Made by a program: the position numbers and the translations under genes. 32,000 nt of DNA, from NCBI GenBank assembly GCA_038736825.1, contig JAVYME010000003.1:23763-55762 (forward strand), read 5' to 3'. Source of the stretch: Candidatus Iainarchaeum sp. Its GTDB lineage: Archaea > Iainarchaeota > Iainarchaeia > Iainarchaeales > DTGL01. Within the stretch, counting starts at the first letter, position 1. Each line of letters starts with the position of its first letter. The notes beneath the pieces were generated by a model, which saw only the letters and a list, made by a program, of their open reading frames with translations, ran no database searches and was not told the DNA's origin. Of this stretch, positions 1 to 8,024 are shown piece by piece.

Positions 1-654
1 GGTTACACCTATGAGGCAAGCTTTACAGGAAACAGCACAACCTTGAACCTGACCTATGACAACCCATCCTACAACATACAGAAAGCCTGGACAGACTATG
101 GTTCCAAGATAGAGATTGAAAAAGAAGGCTCTTGGAAGATGTGCTATCCGCAAAACAGGAGATACGTCCACATGCAGGTTTTGGGGCCAAACGCTGAGTT
201 TACAGTGTCAGGAGACAAAATTGAAGGCATCAAAGAAGGAGAAACCAAAACCACTCCAAACAACCTCAGCGTGACAATAACCAAAATCTATGGAACCTGC
301 GGAAAGTGCGAGTGCGCGCCAGGCGGCGGAGTCCTTCCAGGCGACGTAAAACTCAAAGTTGAGCCAAGCACTATCAGGGATGTCAAAAAGATTGGCACAC
401 AAATAGTGTACACAGATGATGTTGGCCCAAAGAGCAACGTCGTAATAGTCGGAGGACACCTTGTCAACAGGTTGGCTAAGGAAGCCACTTTCGAAGACGG
501 ATTGTCATTGGCTGACAAGTTGACTTCTGCTGGACAGAAAGTCACTTTGAAGACTGCAGATGGCGACTGGGTTGTAGCAGGATTCACTGCAAGCGACACA
601 GCTAGCGCTGCCAGGGACTTCATAGAGTGGCTTGACCAAGCCTTCGGAAAATAA
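1..654 (+). CDS. S-layer-like surface protein, C-terminal fragment (5' end lies outside the window)
   Basis: Frame 1 is open from nt 1: GYTYEASFTGNSTT precedes the TTG that the ORF track used at 43. Stop is TAA at 652-654. The C-terminal motifs NVVIVGGHLVNRLAKE and DWVVAGFTASDTASAARDFIEWL resemble the conserved C-terminal region of euryarchaeal S-layer proteins. N-x-S/T sequons are present (NST, NLT, NLS). The gene is followed by the strongest hairpin plus T-tract in the window and by envelope/glycosylation genes. Confidence 0.5.
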   Translation, partial: GYTYEASFTGNSTTLNLTYDNPSYNIQKAWTDYGSKIEIEKEGSWKMCYPQNRRYVHMQVLGPNAEFTVSGDKIEGIKEGETKTTPNNLSVTITKIYGTCGKCECAPGGGVLPGDVKLKVEPSTIRDVKKIGTQIVYTDDVGPKSNVVIVGGHLVNRLAKEATFEDGLSLADKLTSAGQKVTLKTADGDWVVAGFTASDTASAARDFIEWLDQAFGK

Positions 655-663
655 ATAGGCAAT

Positions 664-722
664 AAAGAAAAGGAATTTTTTTCCTTTTCTTTTTTTTTTA
701 TTTTTTCCTTTTTCTTTTTTTT
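664..722 (+). terminator. Hairpin plus long oligo-T tract terminator after the S-layer-like gene
   Basis: A perfect 12-bp inverted repeat, AAAGAAAAGGAA (664-675) and TTCCTTTTCTTT (681-692), with a TTTTT loop. It runs into a ~30-nt pyrimidine/T-rich tract. Archaeal termination uses oligo-T runs. Confidence 0.55.
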
Positions 723-728
723 CACTCT

Positions 729-738
729 CTTTATAAAT
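729..738 (+). promoter_or_regulatory. TATA box (CTTTATAAAT) upstream of the lipoprotein gene
   Basis: An archaeal TATA-like TTTATAAA lies 52 nt upstream of the ATG at 790. A GGAGG at 776-780 sits 9 nt before that ATG. The box is nearly identical to the CTTTATAAAG boxes at 19943 and 23874. Confidence 0.45.
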
Positions 739-789
739 CCTTGTTTTCACTCTTTAATGTTCATGAAATCAATTTTGGAGGATAATTTA

Positions 790-1416
790 ATGCAATCCAA
801 GCCTTTTTTTGTGTTGGTGCTTGCACTGTTTTTTTTAATTGTTTTTTTTGGTTGTGCAGGCCCAAAAGAAAAGGCGGCTTTTGAATGGAATTCTGGGAGC
901 GCTTTTTATCAGTCAAATGTTGGCGAACCCAAGGAATTATTAAGGGGTTTTTCGGTTAAAGAGAAAGTGGTTGTGGCAATAGAGCTTTGGCTTGATGAGC
1001 CTGGAAAAAACGCGGATATTTTCAATAATGCCTTTATTCCTTTTTATGCAGTGGTGGCTGGAAATGACAGGAATGCAGTGCAAGTGGTTGTTTTTAAGAC
1101 AGCTGATGGCAGAATCTCTAAATGTCATACAAATCATGGCGACCTAAAAACCCAAGAAATCCTGGAAAGCATTGAGTGTGAGTCTTTCCTTGCAGGAACT
1201 GGTTCTGGATTGATTGTGTTCTTCAATATGCCTGATGCTTCTTTGAATCGTTCTGTTGTCTGGCTTGAGGAAAACAAGGCAATCCTTAAAGCAAAAAACG
1301 CTGAAGACTTGGTAATAATGTCTCGCTCTCTTGCAGAACAGCTTTACCCTAACGCTAAAGAAATTCTGGCAAAAACCAGGGAAAAGCTCGGAGAAGTTGG
1401 TGGAGTTAAAAAGTGA
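790..1416 (+). CDS. Hypothetical secreted/lipoprotein-like protein
   Basis: From ATG 790 the product starts MQSKPFFVLVLALFFLIVFFGCAGPKEK. This is a signal peptide with a lipobox-like FFGC, and GGAGG lies 9 nt upstream. The ORF is also open from ATG 757, so the start is ambiguous. I recognise no family. Its stop overlaps the next start (GTGA, 1413-1416). Confidence 0.55.
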   Translation: MQSKPFFVLVLALFFLIVFFGCAGPKEKAAFEWNSGSAFYQSNVGEPKELLRGFSVKEKVVVAIELWLDEPGKNADIFNNAFIPFYAVVAGNDRNAVQVVVFKTADGRISKCHTNHGDLKTQEILESIECESFLAGTGSGLIVFFNMPDASLNRSVVWLEENKAILKAKNAEDLVIMSRSLAEQLYPNAKEILAKTREKLGEVGGVKK

Positions 1417-2447
1417 GACTGCGGGGAATCCATTTGAGTGTAAAAACTGAAAAAGCGGAAAGGCTTCTCAGGATTGCTGCAATTGTCTTGGCATTGGTGT
1501 CGCTTGCGGTTTTATTGTTTGGCTTTTTCACTGGCGCTTTTTTTTTGATTTACCAAGCCAACTTTTTGTTTTTATTGCTCAGCATTGCCTGTTTTCTTTT
1601 TTCCATTGCAGCGTGGCTTTTTGCTTGGGCTTTTCTTGTGGTTAAAAGGAAAAGAATGCCATTCAAAAGGGTTTTTTTGGCAGGCTGTGCTTCTGTTTTT
1701 GGCTCTCTCACGCCAGTGCAACTCGGCTCTGATGTTTTGCGAGGGCTTTTCTTGAAAGAGGAATTCAATGCGCCTTTTTCTGAAGGCTTTTCAGCATCGC
1801 TTATAGTTAAGGGTTTAAAGTTCAGCGCTCTTTCGCTTGCATCACTGGCTTTTTTGTTTGTTGTTTTTTTCGGGCAAGGTTTTGGCAGTTTTGCAATTCC
1901 GCTTTTTTCAGGGCTTTTTGTGGTATTGCTTGCAACCCTCTTGTTTCTTTTGCCGCTCAAGAAAAGCATGGGTTGCAGGATTTCGCGATTTTTTGGATTG
2001 CTTTCAAGAAAAATTCCCCAGCTGAAACCTCTTGAAAAATATTTTTTAGACTATTCTGATTTCTTAGCCCAGTTTTCAGGCAAGGCATTGCTTGCAACAA
2101 TGCTTTTGGCAGCAATTTCTTGGATTTTAGAGTTCGCTTCACTTTTTTTTGCTTTTGCCTCGCTTTCAATTGAAATAAACCTGCTTTCGCTTTCCGCCCT
2201 TTTCATATTGCTTGCATTGCTTGAAAGGGCGCCTTTTCTTCCACACGGCATACTTCTCGTTGAAAGCGCTGGCTTTGCATTCCTATCAATGCCTTTGGCT
2301 GGCCAGCCAAGCCTTTCCCTGCCAGAAATAGGCTCAGTGCTCATATTATATGATATTTCAAGGCTTATTTTTCCATCAGTTGCATCGCTTTGTTTTTATT
2401 TTTGGCGCGAAAAATCAAGAAAAGGCATTACAACTGCAAGGATTTAA
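1413..2447 (+). CDS. Polytopic membrane protein, UPF0104 / LPG-synthase-TM (flippase-like) family (tentative)
   Basis: About 8 hydrophobic segments. SLTPVQLGSDVLRGLFLKE and the C-terminal ERAPFLPHGILLVESAGFAFLS resemble the paired P-x-G-(E) loops of the UPF0104 family. A GTG start overlaps the upstream stop. Confidence 0.5.
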   Translation: MRLRGIHLSVKTEKAERLLRIAAIVLALVSLAVLLFGFFTGAFFLIYQANFLFLLLSIACFLFSIAAWLFAWAFLVVKRKRMPFKRVFLAGCASVFGSLTPVQLGSDVLRGLFLKEEFNAPFSEGFSASLIVKGLKFSALSLASLAFLFVVFFGQGFGSFAIPLFSGLFVVLLATLLFLLPLKKSMGCRISRFFGLLSRKIPQLKPLEKYFLDYSDFLAQFSGKALLATMLLAAISWILEFASLFFAFASLSIEINLLSLSALFILLALLERAPFLPHGILLVESAGFAFLSMPLAGQPSLSLPEIGSVLILYDISRLIFPSVASLCFYFWREKSRKGITTARI

Positions 2448-3424
2448 GCAAGCAACAGGAACACTGTAAGACAGTTGGCAATCAATATTGCCCATATAAC
2501 TAAAACAAGGTTTCTTTCACTCATTGGCCCAAAAAGCCTTATTAGTATTTTTGCAAAATCATATTTTCCACTGCCTTTTCCTCTTGGCGGAAGAGCTATT
2601 TTTTGCTCGGGTGAAAGACTGTAAGGCAATGCATTGCGCTGGCTTGGATCTGAAGGGTTTGTGAAAAGCTTTGCAGTAAAATCTATAATGTGTGGCAAAA
2701 AGAAAAGAAAGGAGATTGACATAATCCTAAAGTCCTTTGTCCAAACCAGCAAGCCTGCAAGCGCAGAACCAATCAAGAGAGTTCCAGAATCCCCGGGAAA
2801 AGCCCTTGCGGGAAAAACATTGAAAACCAAAAGAGCGAAAACCGCTCCGCTTACCGCTAGCGCGAGAGGCACAAGACCAGAATAAGGAGACACAAAAAGA
2901 AGCGCTGCAAAAAACACTGACAAAATGAATCCAGAGCCAACTTCCCAGCCATTCAAGCCAGCAAAAGTGTTTTGAAAACTGGCAATGCCTGCAAGAAACA
3001 GGGAAGCCAGAATTATTTTAAAAAGCGAGCCGGCCAAGTTTTCTCCGCTAAAGAAAAAGGCTGCAAAAGCAAGAGAGATTATGGCAATAATTATTGCTCG
3101 ATAGCTCCATTTCCTTGTCTCTGAAAGAAATTTTGGCTTTATGTCGTCAAAAAACCCCAAAATGGAAAAGCATGAAACCATGCCAGCCCACAAAAAAACA
3201 GTCAAGTCACCATAAAGCCAATAAAAAGCAATAGTGCAAACCCAAACCGGCAATAGTAATGCAATGCCCGTGCTTTCAGGAATTTTCTTTAAGCCCGGCT
3301 TGTTCACATCTATGCCTATAATTCCCTTTTTCAAATGCCTGGCGGACACAATTTTGACAGCCACAACGCCAAGCGCAAAAGATGCCGCAAAGAATACGGC
3401 TGAAATGATTTCCTGCCATTGCAT
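2444..3424 (-). CDS. aglH: UDP-GlcNAc:dolichyl-phosphate GlcNAc-1-phosphate transferase (GT4 MraY/WecA superfamily, AglH/Alg7-type)
   Basis: A 326-aa polytopic protein carrying GFFDDIKP (DD motif), NTFAGLNGWEVGSG (the archaeal/eukaryotic N-x-x-AG-x-NG-x-E-x-G motif) and FPGDSGTLLIG. Confidence 0.8.
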   Translation of the reverse strand: MQWQEIISAVFFAASFALGVVAVKIVSARHLKKGIIGIDVNKPGLKKIPESTGIALLLPVWVCTIAFYWLYGDLTVFLWAGMVSCFSILGFFDDIKPKFLSETRKWSYRAIIIAIISLAFAAFFFSGENLAGSLFKIILASLFLAGIASFQNTFAGLNGWEVGSGFILSVFFAALLFVSPYSGLVPLALAVSGAVFALLVFNVFPARAFPGDSGTLLIGSALAGLLVWTKDFRIMSISFLFFLPHIIDFTAKLFTNPSDPSQRNALPYSLSPEQKIALPPRGKGSGKYDFAKILIRLFGPMSERNLVLVIWAILIANCLTVFLLLA

Positions 3425-3546
3425 CTTTTCACCAAACGCTATAAAAATAATTCAAAACATTTATATATGGATTTTTTTGTGTGCTTTAAAAAGGCGCTTG
3501 GGTTTTTTTTTAGTTTTCAATAATCGTTGTCTGCCCAAAACTTTTT

Positions 3547-4803
3547 TTAAGAGCTTATTGCTTTCGGGTTTTTTAAGATTTCTTTGAGCAAAACAGTTGC
3601 ATAAGCCCCCTTTTCCAGTTCAAAGGAAACAGTGAAATATTTTTTTCCGTTGAAAACTTTGTCTTCTCCGGTTTCAAGCAAGCGCATTTTTTCCGGCACT
3701 ATGAGGATTTTCCTTCTTGCGCCGCGGCTTGAGCATTCGCCTAATTTTTCAATGCGGAAATCTGCAAAGCAAACCCCTTCTCTTTCCAGTACTTTTCTTT
3801 CTATTTCGCCTATGCGTCCTGGAGAGAAAACAGAGTCATAGCCGGCCAAGAGTCCAAGTGCAATTCCTCCCTCTTGGGGTTCTCCGTCAACCGGCTTTAA
3901 TCCTATTCCTTGTTTTAATCTTTCTTTGAGGATTTCGTTGTAGAGATATGATTGGAATGCGTGTGTGAACAAAAACCTCAATCTCAGCGGTATTGCTTGC
4001 AATGCTGAGGCGAAATCGCTTGGGTTTTGGCACAAGGAATTGAGTATGGCTCTTTCATACCTGTATTTTTGCGGGAATTCCTTTAATGCGGTTTTAAAAT
4101 CTCTCGTTTTTGCAATTGCCCTTGCTTTTTTCACTTCTGTTTCTTCGTTTTCGCTTTCAGCTGAAAGGTAGAGCATTACTGCATTTTCAAGGTTTCCCTT
4201 GACTATTTCTCTTCCGACAACATGACTGATGGCGCGAATTCCTCCAAACCTTTGCTCGCCAAAAAAATTTGCTATTCCATTCTCCATTTCCTTAAAGCAT
4301 TCCAAAACCCTTTCTTCGATTTCTTTTATTTCGAGATCCACGTCTCTAACGGTTATTGTGAACCTGTTGCCTTTATGCATTCCCAAATCTATTTTTTCCT
4401 TTTGCCATGAAGCGTTCCTAAACCTTATCCCTCTCGGGCGAAATGCCTCTAAAAGTTTTGCATTTGGATTCCAAATGCTAATCCTTTGACAAGTGACAGC
4501 TCGCTTGTCCTTGATGCCAGCATAGCCGATTCTCTTGCCACTCACTTGCAAAAACCTTGCTGTTTGCCTTATAACTGAATGCAAGTCCTTGTTTATTTTT
4601 TCAAGGTCAAGGTGCAAGTAATCCATATTGTTTGGTTTTTCTGGCACAACAAGCTGTTCTTTGATTGTTTCAGTGGAAAGAAATGCTTTTGCTTCACAAA
4701 CCCGTCCTTCAACAGAAATTTCTTCAACAACAAAATCAGTGTAAAGCCTTTTTATTTGCCCGCCAGTGCCAGGGCATTTTGTAAAATAAAAAACCTTTTC
4801 CAT
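3547..4803 (-). CDS. truD: tRNA pseudouridine synthase TruD/Pus7 family
   Basis: GGQIKRLYTDFVVEEI at the N-terminus, the catalytic-Asp motif GYAGIKDKRAVTCQRISI, and NFFGEQRFG. Confidence 0.9.
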   Translation of the reverse strand: MEKVFYFTKCPGTGGQIKRLYTDFVVEEISVEGRVCEAKAFLSTETIKEQLVVPEKPNNMDYLHLDLEKINKDLHSVIRQTARFLQVSGKRIGYAGIKDKRAVTCQRISIWNPNAKLLEAFRPRGIRFRNASWQKEKIDLGMHKGNRFTITVRDVDLEIKEIEERVLECFKEMENGIANFFGEQRFGGIRAISHVVGREIVKGNLENAVMLYLSAESENEETEVKKARAIAKTRDFKTALKEFPQKYRYERAILNSLCQNPSDFASALQAIPLRLRFLFTHAFQSYLYNEILKERLKQGIGLKPVDGEPQEGGIALGLLAGYDSVFSPGRIGEIERKVLEREGVCFADFRIEKLGECSSRGARRKILIVPEKMRLLETGEDKVFNGKKYFTVSFELEKGAYATVLLKEILKNPKAISS

Positions 4804-4826
4804 AAGGCAACCCGTTATCGGTTTTT

Positions 4827-6074
4827 TTACTTGTAGCGCAATATTGCGCCAATGCCCCCGAAAGCCTTAAGGAATTGCATTCCTTCATCTGTATCAGTGC
4901 TGATTATTCGCGTTTCAGCTCCAATCCTGTCAGCCATTTCTTGAAGGCGGTCAATGTATTCGGTTTCTTCCACTATTTCGGTTTCAGCCCCGCATTTTCC
5001 GCATTTTTTGCCTGAAACCTCTGCTTCAGATCGTGCAGTGTGCTTTTCAATGTTGCCGCATTTAATGCATTCTATTGTGAAAACGGTTTTTTCAAGTGCC
5101 TCGCTGACCAGAAGGGTTTTAACCTGGCCGTTTTCAAGCGCTTGCAAAACCTCTTTTTCACCGTAAGCGGCAAGCCCTGTTTTTATTACGTTGTGCATGA
5201 ATTCTTTGACTATTTCTATTTCCATCATGACTTCTGCTTCTTTTAGCACATCCGCTGCATTGTGGACAAGCTCTCTTATTCCTGATTCGTCAGTGTAAGA
5301 AGTGCTTACCACTCCTATTATTTTTGCCTTTATTCTGTGATCCAGCAAGCCTTCTTGAAGAAAGTAATCTTTTGTCATGCCTGGGCCGCCTATTACAATG
5401 CCTTTGATTTTGTCTATGTCCTTCAAAAAAATTTCATTCATTTTTTCGCTTATTTTAATGTAAAAATTGTGCTCTGCCTCTTGCCTTAAGTGTTCAAACC
5501 TTTTCGCTGACTGTCCTCCGGCGCGAAATTTTCCGGCAACCCTGCTCTTGAATTGCCCTATTATTTCGTATTTTTTGCCTGACAATAAGGCTATTGTTGC
5601 CTCGTTTTTGTCTATTGTGAGCAGTCCATAAACTTCTGTCGGGCGGGACATTGCTTCTAATGGTTTCAGGTTGAATTCGGAGTCACACCAGTAAAGTTTT
5701 GTTTCCAGTTTTTTTATTGGTTTTACTGTGAACAATTTGATGTCGGGTTTGCCTTCCTGCTGGGATACATTGCCTGCAAAAACCGCCAGCCCTTTTTTTG
5801 GAATGTTGAATTCTGTTCGCTTTAAGAAATTTATTACTTTTTTGAGGGCTCCTTGAACATTTTTTCTTGTGTTTGAGTCTTTTATGTTGGAGCTCTGGCT
5901 TTTTTCCTCTGTTAACTGGTTCATTACTGAAGAGCGGTCAGTACCATGTGGTATATAGAGGGAAATCAGTTCTGTGCCTGAGCCTTTTTTTATGCTTTTC
6001 AGTTTTTTCATTTTTTTGGCGAAAAGCATTCTTTCAGTTTCGCTCGCTTGTTCTTCAAAAGCCATAAAAATCAT
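4827..6074 (-). CDS. prf1: Peptide chain release factor aRF1
   Basis: GGQ motif (RAGGQSAKRF), GTELISLYIP loop, YWCDSEF (YxCxxxF), and NIKD at the NIKS position. The start was chosen at ATG 6074 (MIFMAFEE...) because a TATA element at 6096-6109 is centred ~26 nt upstream. ATG 6065 is also possible. The TTG at 6119 used by the ORF track is probably upstream of the transcript. Confidence 0.92.
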   Translation of the reverse strand: MIFMAFEEQASETERMLFAKKMKKLKSIKKGSGTELISLYIPHGTDRSSVMNQLTEEKSQSSNIKDSNTRKNVQGALKKVINFLKRTEFNIPKKGLAVFAGNVSQQEGKPDIKLFTVKPIKKLETKLYWCDSEFNLKPLEAMSRPTEVYGLLTIDKNEATIALLSGKKYEIIGQFKSRVAGKFRAGGQSAKRFEHLRQEAEHNFYIKISEKMNEIFLKDIDKIKGIVIGGPGMTKDYFLQEGLLDHRIKAKIIGVVSTSYTDESGIRELVHNAADVLKEAEVMMEIEIVKEFMHNVIKTGLAAYGEKEVLQALENGQVKTLLVSEALEKTVFTIECIKCGNIEKHTARSEAEVSGKKCGKCGAETEIVEETEYIDRLQEMADRIGAETRIISTDTDEGMQFLKAFGGIGAILRYK

Positions 6075-6093
6075 TCCATAAAATGCAAACCTG

Positions 6094-6150
6094 GTTTTTA
6101 TAAAAAAAGAGGTTTCCAAATATTTTTATATACAGAAAGCATTTATAGTT
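6094..6150. promoter_or_regulatory. Divergent promoter region between aRF1 and pyrH with several TATA-like elements
   Basis: TTTTTATAAAAAAA (6096-6109), TTTTTATATA (6124-6133) and ATTTATAG (6141-6148) all lie in the 114-nt spacer between the divergent genes. Confidence 0.4.
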
Positions 6151-6188
6151 AATGATTTGCAGCAAAAAAACTTTGTTTTGGAAACCCC

Positions 6189-7001
6189 ATGTTCGATGAA
6201 GGCTTTTTTGCAATGTACAATGAGGGCATGAATGAAGCCTCTCCTGCAAAAGACAGTGGTTCCACTGGAACAATTGAAAGTGTTTCGTTTGGTGCAAAGC
6301 AGAAAATTTTTGTCCTTTCAGTGGGTGGTTCAATAATTGCTCCAGACAAGCCTGATGCGGCTTTTGTTTCCAAGTTTGGCGCTTGCCTGGAAAGGCTTTT
6401 CTTGGAAGGATACCGGTTTGCGCTTGTGGCTGGAGGGGGGCAAACTGCACGAAATTATATTGCTGCTGTTAAAGCGCTTGGCGCTGACAATTTTGCGCTT
6501 GACGAGATTGGCATTGCTGCCACTCGCTTGAATGCAGCGCTTTTGATTCATGGCATTGAGAGAGCGCATCCAGAGGTTTTGACTGACATTCGCAAGGCAA
6601 GGGAGATAATTGTTGCTGGAAAAATACCTGTTTTTGGCGGTTTAATGCCCGGTTTTACCACTGATGCTGTTGCGGTTTTGCTTGCAGAGTCCCTTTCAAT
6701 GGAATATGATGTGGAATATGTTAACATGACCAATGTTAGTGGCATTTACTCTTCTGATCCAAGTGTTCACCCAAAAGCGCGCATGTTTGAAAGAATTTCT
6801 TTTGAGCGCCTTTTGAGCTTGATGAAGCTGGCTGAAAGCAAGCCAGGACAGAATTTGGTTATAGATGTGCCAGCGTGTCTTTTCCTAAAGCGCTCTAAAA
6901 TTCCAGGAATAGTTTTGGATGGACGGGACTTGGATAATTTGGAAAAAGCAATAAAGGGAATGGAGTTTGAGGGAACCCGCATACTTGAAATGGAAGATTA
7001 A
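6189..7001 (+). CDS. pyrH: UMP kinase, archaeal type
   Basis: KIFVLSVGGSII, LVAGGGQTARNYI and GFTTDAVAVLLAE are amino-acid-kinase-fold motifs typical of archaeal PyrH. About 38 aa of N-terminal sequence precede the conserved core. Confidence 0.88.
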   Translation: MFDEGFFAMYNEGMNEASPAKDSGSTGTIESVSFGAKQKIFVLSVGGSIIAPDKPDAAFVSKFGACLERLFLEGYRFALVAGGGQTARNYIAAVKALGADNFALDEIGIAATRLNAALLIHGIERAHPEVLTDIRKAREIIVAGKIPVFGGLMPGFTTDAVAVLLAESLSMEYDVEYVNMTNVSGIYSSDPSVHPKARMFERISFERLLSLMKLAESKPGQNLVIDVPACLFLKRSKIPGIVLDGRDLDNLEKAIKGMEFEGTRILEMED

Positions 7002-7058
7002 AAAAAGAAATTTTTTCATTTTTTTTTGGAAAACAAGAATAAACTTTTTTTAATTTTT
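7002..7058. terminator. Bidirectional T-rich terminator region between convergent pyrH and dph2
   Basis: TTTTTTCATTTTTTTTT on the plus strand, with oligo-T runs on the minus strand as well (rc of AAAAAAAGAAA). Confidence 0.35.
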
Positions 7059-8024
7059 TTATTCTAGTGCTTCCCGCATTTCTTCTGCGCTTACAAGGAG
7101 TTTTTTCCAGTGTGGAGCATCATCAATTGATAAGCGCGGACAGGCAGTGTTCACAAAGCACTCTAAGCCCAAGCCCAGAACAAATTCTTCCCTTATTTCG
7201 CTTGAGGCCAGAATTAGTGCTTTTTTTCTTCTTTTTTCAGCCAAACTCTTTAATTCAAGTGCTTTTTTGAGCGCCATTTGCCCTGGTTTTGTTGATACAA
7301 GGATTCCGAAAGATTTGGCTTGTTTTGCGATTTCTATTCTTGCAAGGTGGGCTCTTTCCCTGCGGTCTATTTCCCTTTCGCTTACTTCTGAAATGTTTTC
7401 TGCGAAGGGGTTGAGGGCGAAAACCGGCTTGTTTGTGTTATAAGCTATTCCCAATGGATGGAATTGTCCATCTCCAACAAAAACAAAGCAATCTGTTTTT
7501 GTAGCAATGCGTTTTGCTGCCATTGTGTTGCATCCAAGCACTTGTCCTTTACGCATGCTGCCAGAATTGCTGATTAGCACTGTGAAGCCGTTTTCTTCAA
7601 GCATTTTTTTTGTGGCAGGCAGCCATTTCAGGAATTGTGCTGTGGAAAGAAGCCCGATTCTTTTGAATTCTTTTTCTTTCAGTTTTCCTGAAAGCGCTAA
7701 AACCAGTTTTTTCAGGATTGTTTTTTTTAATGGATAGTTGAGTGGCACGTAAAGGATTTTTTTTGATTTCATGAATTGGGTGTGCCCGAAATGGATTGCA
7801 AGGTCTGCTTTGAGTGTTTTCATTTCTTGTAATGGCAGGTCGCATGCTCCATAGCATGGTTCTATTATGGAAACTGTTTTTGTTCCGGTTTTTTTCTCGA
7901 TTTCTCTTGCAATTTTGACTGTTTCTGTTTTTAGTCCTTCTGGGAATTGCAACAACAAGATTTTTGGTTTTTTTTGCAGAATGGCGTTTATTGTGCTTTC
8001 TATGCTGAATTCTGGCTTTATCAT
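7059..8024 (-). CDS. dph2: 2-(3-amino-3-carboxypropyl)histidine synthase (diphthamide biosynthesis Dph2)
   Basis: From ATG 8024 the product starts MIKPEFSIE...LLLQFPEGLK. The conserved Cys motifs CYGACD, VLGCN and NTACPRL are present. The ATG overlaps the ppsA stop (ATGA at 8021-8024). The longer track ORF (to 8216) overlaps the ppsA 3' end and is R/K-rich junk. Confidence 0.88.
   Translation of the reverse strand: MIKPEFSIESTINAILQKKPKILLLQFPEGLKTETVKIAREIEKKTGTKTVSIIEPCYGACDLPLQEMKTLKADLAIHFGHTQFMKSKKILYVPLNYPLKKTILKKLVLALSGKLKEKEFKRIGLLSTAQFLKWLPATKKMLEENGFTVLISNSGSMRKGQVLGCNTMAAKRIATKTDCFVFVGDGQFHPLGIAYNTNKPVFALNPFAENISEVSEREIDRRERAHLARIEIAKQAKSFGILVSTKPGQMALKKALELKSLAEKRRKKALILASSEIREEFVLGLGLECFVNTACPRLSIDDAPHWKKLLVSAEEMREALE

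Noticed and set aside
288-725. A 145-aa minus-strand ORF with a poly-Lys N-terminus, and the 81-83-aa ORFs nearby.
   Set aside because: They are antisense to the S-layer-like gene. The poly-Lys N-terminus is simply the reverse complement of the T-tract terminator.
6075-6119. The N-terminal extension METSFFIKTRFAFYG of the aRF1 ORF (TTG start in the track).
   Set aside because: It would begin inside or upstream of the TATA element that best explains a leaderless start at ATG 6074. The extension is hydrophobic and not aRF1-like.
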